The translations under genes were made by a program, and so were the position numbers. Below are positions 51,830 through 60,212 of a stretch of DNA of 64,000 nt, one piece after another; positions within the stretch are counted from its first letter, which is position 1, and the number at the start of each line of letters is the position of its first letter. Location: contig JACPBG010000002.1 of the NCBI GenBank assembly GCA_016180435.1, positions 60,342 through 124,341 of the forward strand, read 5' to 3'. Source of the DNA: Candidatus Sungiibacteriota bacterium (GTDB lineage: Bacteria > Patescibacteriota > Minisyncoccia > Sungbacterales > HO2-52-23). The notes under the pieces were generated by a model. It saw only the letters and a list, made by a program, of their open reading frames with translations, ran no database searches and had not been told where the DNA came from.

Positions 51830-52465
51830 ATGGCAGACACTAACTTTTCAAAAGGAGAATTAAAGAAAATACGCGCCACAGACGCACTTAAAAGAAAGAA
51901 ACTAAAGCGAATTATTTGGATTATCGCGGTTGTGGTTGTATTGGCGGGCGGAATCTATTGGATTGTGCGTTATAATAAAGAAAAAAAGGCGAACCTTCCG
52001 GGTATATTTTATACAGATGTGGGGCAAGACCATATTGGATTAAATGATGCGCCGCCCAAGCCCTATAGTTCCAATCCACCCTCATCCGGCGGGCACTACG
52101 GCCAGTGGGCCAATTGGGGCGTGTATGATTATGAAGTGAATGATAAGATATTTATGCATAACCTTGAGCATGGGGGAATTTGGATCGCGTACCGGCCGAC
52201 CGTATCACCGCCAATTATTGATGATTTGAAGGGAATCGTAAAAGAGTTCGGCGGATCAAAATTAGTTATGGCGCCGCGCTCGGCTAATGATGCGGATATC
52301 GCAATTGTATCGTGGGCCAGAGTTTTTAAATTTGATGTATCAGGGAAAAATTTGACCGATTCGGAAAAAGAGCAAATTCGCGCATTTTATCGGGGATTTA
52401 AAAATCGAGGTTTGGAATTTGTGCCCGACACCATGCCGGGAGTTGATCCGAAGAGTATTCAATAA
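51830..52465 (+). CDS. membrane-anchored DUF3105-like protein
   Basis: TM helix, then PPSSGGHY and HNLEHGGIWIAY. Family recall is from memory. Confidence 0.5.
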   Translation: MADTNFSKGELKKIRATDALKRKKLKRIIWIIAVVVVLAGGIYWIVRYNKEKKANLPGIFYTDVGQDHIGLNDAPPKPYSSNPPSSGGHYGQWANWGVYDYEVNDKIFMHNLEHGGIWIAYRPTVSPPIIDDLKGIVKEFGGSKLVMAPRSANDADIAIVSWARVFKFDVSGKNLTDSEKEQIRAFYRGFKNRGLEFVPDTMPGVDPKSIQ

Positions 52466-52553
52466 AAGCACTTAGAACTTAGAACTTAGAACTTAGAAAA
52501 ATAACTAAGATCTAAGTTCTTAATGCTAAGTTCTACGTTGCCGAGCAACGTTG
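52466..52553. repeat. R1 heptamer palindrome plus terminal mini-hairpin (upstream of trxB)
   Basis: agcacttagaacttagaacttagaacttagaa ... ctaagatctaagttcttaatgctaagttct-acgttgccgagcaacgt. Confidence 0.9.
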
Positions 52554-52637
52554 TTGTATGACGTTATCATCATCGGCGGCCCGCCCCGATTTCTGTCGGG
52601 GCGAGGCTCGCCCACAACCTTATGTTATATGATGTAA
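52554..52637 (+). pseudogene. relic 5' end of trxB (LYDVIIIGG...) disrupted by a GC-rich element
   Basis: TTG-TTG-tat-gac-gtt-atc-atc-atc-ggc-ggc runs into the R2-like ccgccccgatttctgtcggggcgaggctcgccc and stops at 52635-37. It is out of frame with the real trxB start at 52622. Confidence 0.6.
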
Positions 52638-53593
52638 TAGTGGTGGGCGGCGGACCGGCCGCAGTTGCGGCGGCGGTTTATTGCGCGCGCAAACGCCTAA
52701 AGACCGTATTGATTACCGAATCATTCGGCGGGCAATCTATTGTTTCGGATGATATTCAGAATTGGATCGGCGAGCCGCATATTTCCGGTTTTGATTTGGC
52801 TAAAAAATTTGAAGATCATGTGCGAACATATCCTGATGTGGTTGATATTAAGATGCCGGAAAGGGCGATGGAAGTAAAATCAATTAAATGTACGGACGAC
52901 ACCCGCAACTGCGATTTTCAGGTAAAAACCGAGCAAGGGAATATATATGAAGGAAAAGCGGTAATTCTTACTGCTGGCGCGAGCCGCCGAAAACTTGGCA
53001 TACCCGGAGAGGAAAGGTTAAACGGCAAAGGAGTGGCGTATTGTTCAACCTGTGATGCTCCGTTATTCTCCGGCAAAAAAGTCGCGGTGGTGGGTGGAGG
53101 AAATGCCGGGCTGGAAGCGGTGATTGATCTTTTCCCTTATGCCGAGGAAGTTTATCTGGTGGAATACGGGGAGGCATTGAAAGGCGATCCGGTTACGCAG
53201 GAGGAAATTAAGAAAAATCCGAAATTAAAAGCAGTTATTTTGAACGCGCAAACATTAGAAGTGCTCGGTGATAAATTCGTGGCCGGATTAAAATATAAGG
53301 ATCGCATAACCAATGAAGAAAAGATTTTGGAGGTTGACGGGATATTTGTTGAAATCGGCTCGGTTCCTAACTCCGAAATGGTTAAAGGTTTGGTGGACTT
53401 GGATAAATACGGGCAGGTGGTTATTGATTCCAAGCACGCCTCCACCTCGCATCCGGGAATTTTTGCCGCCGGAGACATTACGGATGATCCGTATAAGCAA
53501 AATAACATCTCGGCCGGGGATGCGGTAAAAGCCGCTTTGGGCGCGTATAATTATTTATTGCAGAGAAAAAAAGAGAGTCCGGCGAGCGAATAA
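52622..53593 (+). CDS. trxB: thioredoxin-disulfide reductase
   Basis: YDVIVVGGGPAAVAAAVY, the redox-active CSTCDA, VVGGGNAGLEA and AAGDITD. Confidence 0.9.
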   Translation: MLYDVIVVGGGPAAVAAAVYCARKRLKTVLITESFGGQSIVSDDIQNWIGEPHISGFDLAKKFEDHVRTYPDVVDIKMPERAMEVKSIKCTDDTRNCDFQVKTEQGNIYEGKAVILTAGASRRKLGIPGEERLNGKGVAYCSTCDAPLFSGKKVAVVGGGNAGLEAVIDLFPYAEEVYLVEYGEALKGDPVTQEEIKKNPKLKAVILNAQTLEVLGDKFVAGLKYKDRITNEEKILEVDGIFVEIGSVPNSEMVKGLVDLDKYGQVVIDSKHASTSHPGIFAAGDITDDPYKQNNISAGDAVKAALGAYNYLLQRKKESPASE

Positions 53594-53612
53594 AAAATGG
53601 CATCAAGTGATG

Positions 53613-53966
53613 TTATTGATGCCGTATAGCCTTTTTTATCATTCGTTTATATCGCCAATACATTTTTGGTAGCTCATGGATATTAAACCAGTTAGGAGAT
53701 AGTCCTACCCTTTTTTGTTTTTGCTTAAGTAGCCCGCCTATAATTCTTACGACAAAACAGAATTCCTGGTCAGTTACATGGTCCACCCTATTAGATGTTT
53801 TAACTATTAATTCGGTTTCTTCTGCAAATTCTCTACAAGTTGCTGCATTGGCGTCTTCCCCGATTTTTAATTTACCGCCGGGCGGCCTCCATGATCCATT
53901 TTCGTAAATGAGCAAAACGTATTTTTTTTCTTTATCAAGGCAGATTCCTCTCGAACTGTTTTTCAA
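53613..53966 (-). CDS. NUDIX hydrolase
   Basis: The Nudix box reads GGKLKIGEDANAATCREFAEETEL. Confidence 0.75.
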   Translation of the reverse strand: MKNSSRGICLDKEKKYVLLIYENGSWRPPGGKLKIGEDANAATCREFAEETELIVKTSNRVDHVTDQEFCFVVRIIGGLLKQKQKRVGLSPNWFNIHELPKMYWRYKRMIKKAIRHQ

Positions 53967-54015
53967 TCCGGTCTCCTAGATGAACTGATAATAATTTTAT
54001 CATATTCATTGATTT

Positions 54016-55410
54016 ATGTCAACATTCTTCGAAAACACTAAAAAATTTATTGAAGACGCCGTGCGTATCGCCTATATTCCGGGCGATATTTTAGGACGTT
54101 TGGAAAAACCGGATAAAGTATTAGAATTTGAAATTGCGGTTGGTGATAACCCCGTTAGAGACCCGATGCCTATGGCATCGGCAGACGCCGAAGGGCGTCT
54201 TGTCTCTAACGGGGCGAGAAAATTTCAAGCATGGCGTGTCCAACATAATAACATCCTTGGTCCTTACAAAGGTGGAATCCGCTATCATCCGGATTCAAAT
54301 TTGGATGAGGTAAAAGCGCTGGCCTCTTTGATGACTTTGAAAACCTCCCTTGCCGGGATTCTTTTTGGCGGAGCTAAAGGCGCGGTAAGAGTTGATCCGC
54401 GTAAATTATCCCTGCAGGAATTGGAAGAATTATCGCGCATGTACGTCCGTGCAATTTGGCAAGAAATCGGGCCGGAAAAAGATGTTCCGGCGCCGGATGT
54501 CGGCACTACCCCGCAAATTATGGATTGGATGACGGACGAATATTCGAAACTCATCGGAAAATTGAGTCCGGCCGCCCAGCAGAGTGGGGCGAGCCTCGCC
54601 CAAAATGGGCGGGCGGGATTCACTGGAAAATCTATAGAAAAAGGCGGTTCCCGCGGCCGCGATATTGCCACCGGTTTTGGCGGGTATGTAATTTTGAGAG
54701 AATTTTTAAATCTAAGTTCTAAGTTCTTAGTTCTAAGTTCTGAATCGCAACTAGTGGTTGCGATTCAAGGTTTCGGTAATGTCGGCGCAAATATCGCTAA
54801 AATCTTATATGAAAAAGGATTTAAAATCGTGGCCATTTCCGATTCCAAGGGGGCGCTTTATGAGGAAGATGGCATTGATATTAAAAAAGTTTTGGATGTA
54901 AAAGAAAAAACCGGCATTATAGATCGCAACAAGTGCTATGCGGTTTCCGAGGAGCGGCTGGCATCCGGTACTCCCTGTCGCGAATTTACCAACGATGATT
55001 TATTGCAAATGCCGGTGGATATTTTGATTCCGGCTGCGCTTGAAAATGTTATCAATGAAGCGAACGCGGAAAAAATTAGAGCTAAAGTAATTTTGGAAAT
55101 GGCCAATGGTCCGGTTACTCCCGAAGCTGAAAAAATATTCACTAAGCGAGGAATTGAGGTGCTACCTGATATTTTAGCCAATAGCGGGGGAGTGGTTGGA
55201 TCGTATTTTGAATGGGTGCAAAATCGTAAAGGAGAGCAATGGAGCGAGGAGGAGGTGCTTGCGAAAATTGATGAAAAATTGACCGAGGCGTTTCAGAGTG
55301 TACAAAAAATTAAGGAGGAATGCAATGTTTCGTGGCGTATGGCATCATACGTACGGGCGATTAAGAGGGTTGCGGAAGGGAATAAAAATCCGCCTTTTGG
55401 GGCGGTATAA
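54016..55410 (+). CDS. gdhA: Glu/Leu/Phe/Val-family glutamate dehydrogenase
   Basis: GPYKGGIRYHP, GGAKGAV, QGFGNVG and ANGPVTPEA. It contains three repeat-derived in-frame inserts. Confidence 0.9.
   Translation: MSTFFENTKKFIEDAVRIAYIPGDILGRLEKPDKVLEFEIAVGDNPVRDPMPMASADAEGRLVSNGARKFQAWRVQHNNILGPYKGGIRYHPDSNLDEVKALASLMTLKTSLAGILFGGAKGAVRVDPRKLSLQELEELSRMYVRAIWQEIGPEKDVPAPDVGTTPQIMDWMTDEYSKLIGKLSPAAQQSGASLAQNGRAGFTGKSIEKGGSRGRDIATGFGGYVILREFLNLSSKFLVLSSESQLVVAIQGFGNVGANIAKILYEKGFKIVAISDSKGALYEEDGIDIKKVLDVKEKTGIIDRNKCYAVSEERLASGTPCREFTNDDLLQMPVDILIPAALENVINEANAEKIRAKVILEMANGPVTPEAEKIFTKRGIEVLPDILANSGGVVGSYFEWVQNRKGEQWSEEEVLAKIDEKLTEAFQSVQKIKEECNVSWRMASYVRAIKRVAEGNKNPPFGAV
54150..54214. repeat. 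R7-type element in-frame inside gdhA
   Basis: CCCCGTTAGAGAC-ccgatgcctatggcatcgg-cagacgccgaagggcgtct-TGTCTCTAACGGGG. Confidence 0.8.
54571..54621. repeat. R2 GC-rich element in-frame inside gdhA
   Basis: gccgcccagcagagtggggcgagcctcgcccaaaatgggcgggcgggattc. Compare 508-557. Confidence 0.85.
54709..54766. repeat. R1 right arm plus terminal hairpin, in-frame inside gdhA
   Basis: aatctaagttctaagttcttagttctaagttct-GAATCGCAAC-tagt-GGTTGCGATTC. Confidence 0.8.
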
Positions 55411-55415
55411 AAAAT

Positions 55416-55646
55416 TCAGAAAATCATGAGTATGACAACGGTCATAAGCGTGGCGATAAATGAAATTATAGCGCCATCTAAGGTGTAGTGAAAAAGATAG
55501 GGACGGGAAGGATCATAGGAAAGTAAATAGAAAAAATCTCCATGGAACCAAAGATAGGCATAAGCACCCCACATAAGGATGAATAGTACTGTTTCGCCCA
55601 CGGCTGCTGTTTGTTCTGAGTTAAATCTTTCTCCTTTTTCTTGCAT
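55416..55646 (-). CDS. small membrane protein
   Basis: 76 aa with two hydrophobic helices. Confidence 0.35.
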   Translation of the reverse strand: MQEKGERFNSEQTAAVGETVLFILMWGAYAYLWFHGDFFYLLSYDPSRPYLFHYTLDGAIISFIATLMTVVILMIF

Positions 55647-55749
55647 ATTCCAATTCTCTATTTTAGTGTGCTATAATTAAGAGTATATGAAACCTGTAAA
55701 AATTGCAATGTAATAAAATAATCCCGACTTTTCGGGATTTATATGCATA

Positions 55750-55986
55750 TTAATCTGGAGAAGGAGGATTTTTTGGATAGTATATATTGTCAGCCGAAAT
55801 GTGATCGATCAAAGCGATTAATCCGACCAGGATAAGGGCGACAATCAATGGAGAAATCCAGTCAAAATAAAACTCAATGTTTGCTGCAGCTTTTGCCCGG
55901 GAGAGTGCCGTAACGAAACCCTCTAATTTCTCGGTAGTTAAGCCCAAGAATATAAAAGTTCCAATCACAGTATATTTTGCTAACAT
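55750..55986 (-). CDS. small membrane protein
   Basis: The internal ATG (MLAKYTVIGTF...) avoids overlap with gap. It has two hydrophobic helices. Confidence 0.35.
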   Translation of the reverse strand: MLAKYTVIGTFIFLGLTTEKLEGFVTALSRAKAAANIEFYFDWISPLIVALILVGLIALIDHISADNIYYPKNPPSPD

Positions 55987-56023
55987 TGTGATACCTCTAA
56001 ATAAAGTGCTATAATTAGCATAT

Positions 56024-57034
56024 ATGAAACCCACAAAAATTGCAATAAATGGTTTTGGTCGCATCGGCCGCTCGTTTTTCCGGGATACGTTTGAATTGCC
56101 TGGATTGGATGTGGTTGCGGTAAATGATCTTACTGATCCAAAGACATTGGCATATCTTTTAAAATACGACAGCGTTTACGGCCGTTATTCCAAGTCCGTT
56201 GAGGCTAAAGATGGTCATTTTACCGTGGATGGGCAGGAGATAAAAGTATATGCGGAAAAAGATCCCGCGCGCCTGCCGTGGAAAGAACTCGGCATTGATA
56301 TCGTGGTAGAATCCACCGGTTTTTTTGCCGATGGCGCCAAAGCCAAAGCTCATTTGGATGCCGGAGCCAAACGCGTGGTTATAACAGCTCCGGCTAAAGG
56401 AGATGTGGTAACCGCGCTTGTAGGAGTTAATGATGACCGGTTTGACGGCAAAAATCCGATTACTTGCAATGCATCCTGCACCACTAATTCCGTGGCTCCG
56501 GTTATGCAGATTATGCTGGATAATTTCGGAGTGAAGCGCGCAGTAATGACCACGGTTCACGGATACACCGCGACCCAAAAATTGGTTGATGGGCCGGATG
56601 AAAAAGATCCTCGTCGGGGACGCGCAGCCGCGGCAAATATCGTGCCATCCACAACCGGTGCTGCCGAGGCGGTGATTAAATCAATTCCAGAATTGGAAGG
56701 AAAATTCCAAGCAGAATCTGTGCGCGTGCCGACAATTACGGGGTCCTTGAGCATTATGACGGTAATGACCGAGAAAAAGGCATCAGAAAAAGAAGTAAAT
56801 GACGTTTTTCGGAAATCCGCCCAAGACCCGCGCTGGTCAAAAATCTTGAAAGTTATCGAAGACCCGATTGTATCATCTGACATTATAGGCGAGCCGTATG
56901 GAGCGATTGTGGATTTGACACTTACTCGTACTCTCGGTGACGATCTTGTCAAAGTTTTTTCATGGTACGACAACGAAGCTGGCTACACCGCGACATTGGT
57001 GGAGCATGTGAGGAGGATTGCGGAAAATTTATAA
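56024..57034 (+). CDS. gap: type I glyceraldehyde-3-phosphate dehydrogenase
   Basis: INGFGRIGR, the active site ASCTTN and WYDNEAGY. Confidence 0.92.
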   Translation: MKPTKIAINGFGRIGRSFFRDTFELPGLDVVAVNDLTDPKTLAYLLKYDSVYGRYSKSVEAKDGHFTVDGQEIKVYAEKDPARLPWKELGIDIVVESTGFFADGAKAKAHLDAGAKRVVITAPAKGDVVTALVGVNDDRFDGKNPITCNASCTTNSVAPVMQIMLDNFGVKRAVMTTVHGYTATQKLVDGPDEKDPRRGRAAAANIVPSTTGAAEAVIKSIPELEGKFQAESVRVPTITGSLSIMTVMTEKKASEKEVNDVFRKSAQDPRWSKILKVIEDPIVSSDIIGEPYGAIVDLTLTRTLGDDLVKVFSWYDNEAGYTATLVEHVRRIAENL

Positions 57035-57081
57035 TTTTATGATTTATCGGAATAAAAATAGCTCCCGGGCGGGAGCTTTCG

Positions 57082-57471
57082 TTATGAAATTAGTTTCGGC
57101 TTAATGAGGCAGAAATGTCCTCCAATGCCGAAATATATAAATTCTTCTCCAAGTAGACGCGCAAGTTCGCTCAATTTTTGCCTAAGCGGCTCGACCCTAT
57201 CTTTGTTAACAAGATAAACCTCAAATAGGATAGAGGAGCGATTATAGTCGAGAATCGTCTCTTTGTTCATCCACACGTAAAATTCGCTGATTTTTGACTC
57301 TGAAAAGCAGCCAAAATTTAATGTGAGGTATTCTCTTAAGTCGTCTTCGACGTCTCTTCCATTCGGTAAAACTGCGCTAAGACAGAGAGTCGGAATAAGA
57401 AAAGTAGCAGTCCGACCGAGGTCTATAATCGTATATTCGTCATATTCAAATTCTCTCCAAGTGTTTTTCAT
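57082..57471 (-). CDS. hypothetical protein (129 aa)
   Basis: ATG at 57471 overlaps the stop of the upstream 66-aa ORF (ATGA). I recognise no motif. Confidence 0.4.
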   Translation of the reverse strand: MKNTWREFEYDEYTIIDLGRTATFLIPTLCLSAVLPNGRDVEDDLREYLTLNFGCFSESKISEFYVWMNKETILDYNRSSILFEVYLVNKDRVEPLRQKLSELARLLGEEFIYFGIGGHFCLIKPKLIS

Positions 57472-57668
57472 ATTAACCCCCCCCCGCATTCATTGAATAT
57501 GTGATTATTGTTGCACAGAAACGATCGAGCAAAATCCTCGCTTTCGGATAGATGGATGCTATGCAGTGCCGCTTCTGCAGCAAGTGCCCGAACTAGTGCT
57601 GGAAAAACTTTGGAATACAGCGCCAATTCGATCTTGTCGGCCTTTTTCTCTATTTCTTCAGGTTCCAT
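57468..57668 (-). CDS. small hypothetical protein (66 aa)
   Basis: Translationally coupled to 57082-57471. Helical, Ala-rich core. Confidence 0.35.
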   Translation of the reverse strand: MEPEEIEKKADKIELALYSKVFPALVRALAAEAALHSIHLSESEDFARSFLCNNNHIFNECGGGLI

Positions 57669-57785
57669 TATGCCTCCGATCTTTAATGGGTATTCGTGTA
57701 AAGGTTCAATTGTTGTACACTATATAATATATATTCTATTATGTCAATAGATTTAGATGTTTGGATATAATATAATCTTTATTAT

Positions 57786-59060
57786 ATGCGTCAGTCCATA
57801 TTATTTGGAAAAACGCTCCGTAAGGGGCCCAAAGACGAGATTTCAAAAAATGCCAACCTTTTGGTTCGCGGCGGTTTTGTGGCCAAAGAAATTGCCGGAA
57901 TATATTCTTTTTTACCGCTAGGTCTCCGGGTGCTTGATAAGATAGCCAGGATTATACGCGGAGAAATGAATGATGTTTTGGGAGCACAGGAGATTCTGAT
58001 GCCCGCACTCCACCCGATCGAGAATTACCAAAAAACCGGACGCGAAAAAATCGATGTGCTTTTTCACACGGAACTTGCATCAGGCGGCAAGTTGGTGCTT
58101 GGCCAAAGCCATGAGGAGATCGTGGTGCCCCTGGCAAAGCATTTTATTTCATCCTACCGCGATCTGCCGCTTGGGCTTTATCAAATTCAGACCAAATTTC
58201 GCAATGAACTTCGCGCTAAATCAGGCATGCTCCGCGGCCGCGAATTTATGATGAAAGATCTTTATTCATTTCATGCGGATGAAAATGATTTTGAAAAATA
58301 TTATGAGCGGGCGAAGATCGCATATAAAGATATTTTTGAAAAAGCCGGTTTAGGCGGACAAACCTATCTTACATTTGCCTCCGGCGGGACATTTTCCAAG
58401 TACTCCCATGAATTTCAGACCATAACCGAGGCCGGAGAAGACACCATTTATCTTTGTAAAGAATGTAAAATTGCGATAAATGACGAAATTATCGGGGAAC
58501 AGAAAAATTGCCCGCAATGCAATGCGCCTATAGCCAAATTATTGCAAGAAAAAGCAATCGAGGTCGGGAATATTTTTCCCTTAAAAACCAGATTTTCGGA
58601 CGCCTTTGGCTTGTCTTATATCGACAAATCAGGCCAGACGCATCCTGTGGTAATGGGATGCTACGGGATAGGATTGGGACGCGTTTTGGGCGCGATTGTA
58701 GAGGTACATAACGATAAAAACGGCATTATTTGGCCGGAAAGTGTGGCGCCGTATAAAGTGCATCTGATAGAACTTAGAACTAAGAATTTAGAACTTAGTG
58801 ATGATCCGGTACGCGGGGCAGCCGAAAAGTTATATAACCATCTGCTTGCTAAAGGAATTGAAGTGTTATACGATGACCGCGACGATAAAACAGCCGGAGA
58901 GAAATTCACGGATGCGGATTTGATAGGAATCCCGTGGAGAGTGGTTATTTCGGAGAAAACCGTTCAGCGAAATGCAATAGAAGTTAAAAAGCGTGATTCA
59001 CCCGGGAGTGAGTTGATGTCTGTGGTAAGTTTTCTCCAGAATTTAAAAGTAAAAATGTAA
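57786..59060 (+). CDS. proS: proline--tRNA ligase (no INS editing domain)
   Basis: Class II motifs RNELRAKSGMLRGREFMMKD and GCYGIGLGR, plus an anticodon-binding C-terminus. It contains a heptamer-repeat insert. Confidence 0.9.
   Translation: MRQSILFGKTLRKGPKDEISKNANLLVRGGFVAKEIAGIYSFLPLGLRVLDKIARIIRGEMNDVLGAQEILMPALHPIENYQKTGREKIDVLFHTELASGGKLVLGQSHEEIVVPLAKHFISSYRDLPLGLYQIQTKFRNELRAKSGMLRGREFMMKDLYSFHADENDFEKYYERAKIAYKDIFEKAGLGGQTYLTFASGGTFSKYSHEFQTITEAGEDTIYLCKECKIAINDEIIGEQKNCPQCNAPIAKLLQEKAIEVGNIFPLKTRFSDAFGLSYIDKSGQTHPVVMGCYGIGLGRVLGAIVEVHNDKNGIIWPESVAPYKVHLIELRTKNLELSDDPVRGAAEKLYNHLLAKGIEVLYDDRDDKTAGEKFTDADLIGIPWRVVISEKTVQRNAIEVKKRDSPGSELMSVVSFLQNLKVKM
58768..58800. repeat. R1 left arm in-frame inside proS
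   Basis: atagaacttagaactaagaatttagaacttag, translated IELRTKNLELS. Confidence 0.8.
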
Positions 59061-59147
59061 AAATAAAAATAACAATGTAAAATGACAAAATTTTAACATT
59101 TTGAACTTTCATTTTATATTTTAATATTTGTATTTTGTATTTGACAG

Positions 59148-60200
59148 ATGCTAAATAAATTATTCGGAAAATTTTCTCAAGATATTGGGATAGATCTCGG
59201 AACCGCTAACACCCTTGTTTATACCAAAGGGCGCGGGATTGTCATTAATGAGCCGTCAGTAGTCGCTGTTAACCAAAAAACCGGACAGATCGTGGCTATC
59301 GGAGAGGAGGCCAAACGTATGGTGGGACGCACTCCGGCGCATATTGTGGCAACCCGGCCATTGGTTGCCGGAGTTGTTTCGGATTTTGAGGTGACCGAGG
59401 AGATGCTTAAATATTTTATTCGCAAAGTTCATGAGAAAGTTTTTTCCGTATTCGCCCGTCCGCGGGTGGTTATAGGGATTCCGTCGGGCGTAACCGAGGT
59501 TGAGAAGCGCGCGGTTGAGGATGCGGCTAAAAACGCCGGCGCGCGCGAAGTATATTTGGTTGAGGAGCCGATGGCAGCGGCCATTGGTGTGCGGCTCCCC
59601 GTGCAGGAAGCGGTGGGTTCCATGATCGTGGATATCGGCGGCGGCACTTCGGATATTGCGGTAATTTCGTTGGGTGGGATCGTGGTATCCAAAGATTTGA
59701 AAATCGCCGGCGATAAGCTAAACGAAGATATAATCCGTTTTGCCCGGGATGAATATAAATTACTTTTGGGCGAGCGTACGGCCGAGGACATCAAGATTGC
59801 CATAGGATCAGCGCACGAACTTGAAGATGCGTTGGAAGCTCCCATGCGGGGCCGCGATTTGGTTACGGGCCTTCCGCGCGAAGTGATTGTGGATGATTCT
59901 GAAATACGCCGCGCCATACGCCACTCCATAAATATTTTAGTCAATTCCATCAAAGCTGCGGTGGAAGCAACTCCTCCGGAGCTTGTTGCCGATATCATGC
60001 ATCGCGGAATTTTGTTGGTGGGCGGGGGAGCGCTTTTGCGCGGACTGGACCGCCTGATACAGGATGAAACGCGAATTCCTGTGAAAGTTGCGGACGATCC
60101 GCTGACCGCAGTTGCGCGGGGCACTGGGATCATTCTTGAAGATATTGATGCCTTGCGCGAGGTTCTTGTCAGCACGGGTTATGAATCCGTACCGATATAA
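59148..60200 (+). CDS. mreB: rod-shape protein MreB, paralog 2 (in the mreBCD-mrdA operon)
   Basis: IGIDLGTANTLVY, IVDIGGGTSDIAVISLGG and ILLVGGGALLRGLDRLI. Confidence 0.9.
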   Translation: MLNKLFGKFSQDIGIDLGTANTLVYTKGRGIVINEPSVVAVNQKTGQIVAIGEEAKRMVGRTPAHIVATRPLVAGVVSDFEVTEEMLKYFIRKVHEKVFSVFARPRVVIGIPSGVTEVEKRAVEDAAKNAGAREVYLVEEPMAAAIGVRLPVQEAVGSMIVDIGGGTSDIAVISLGGIVVSKDLKIAGDKLNEDIIRFARDEYKLLLGERTAEDIKIAIGSAHELEDALEAPMRGRDLVTGLPREVIVDDSEIRRAIRHSINILVNSIKAAVEATPPELVADIMHRGILLVGGGALLRGLDRLIQDETRIPVKVADDPLTAVARGTGIILEDIDALREVLVSTGYESVPI

Positions 60201-60212
60201 AGTTTCTAAAAT

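Noticed and set aside
52575-52651. Programmed translational bypass (hop) from GGC-GGC at 52575-80 to GGC-GGC at 52646-51, joining the two trxB N-termini.
   Set aside because: A normal ATG at 52622 gives a complete TrxB N-terminus on its own. The take-off site lacks an adjacent stop codon as in the T4 gene 60 paradigm. The hypothesis is unnecessary and is kept only as a low-probability alternative in the finding.
59429-60175. Long antisense ORFs opposite well-supported genes. Examples: 59429-60175 opposite mreB, 62746-63357 opposite PBP2, 5425-5976 opposite alaS, 23660-24461 opposite murA/mreB, 4101-4493, 2452-2874, 9113-9774, 54285-54671 and 56159-56973.
   Set aside because: Each lies entirely or mostly inside a CDS with strong family motifs on the other strand. 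They have low-complexity Ser/Arg/Pro-rich translations and no RBS, which is typical of shadow ORFs.
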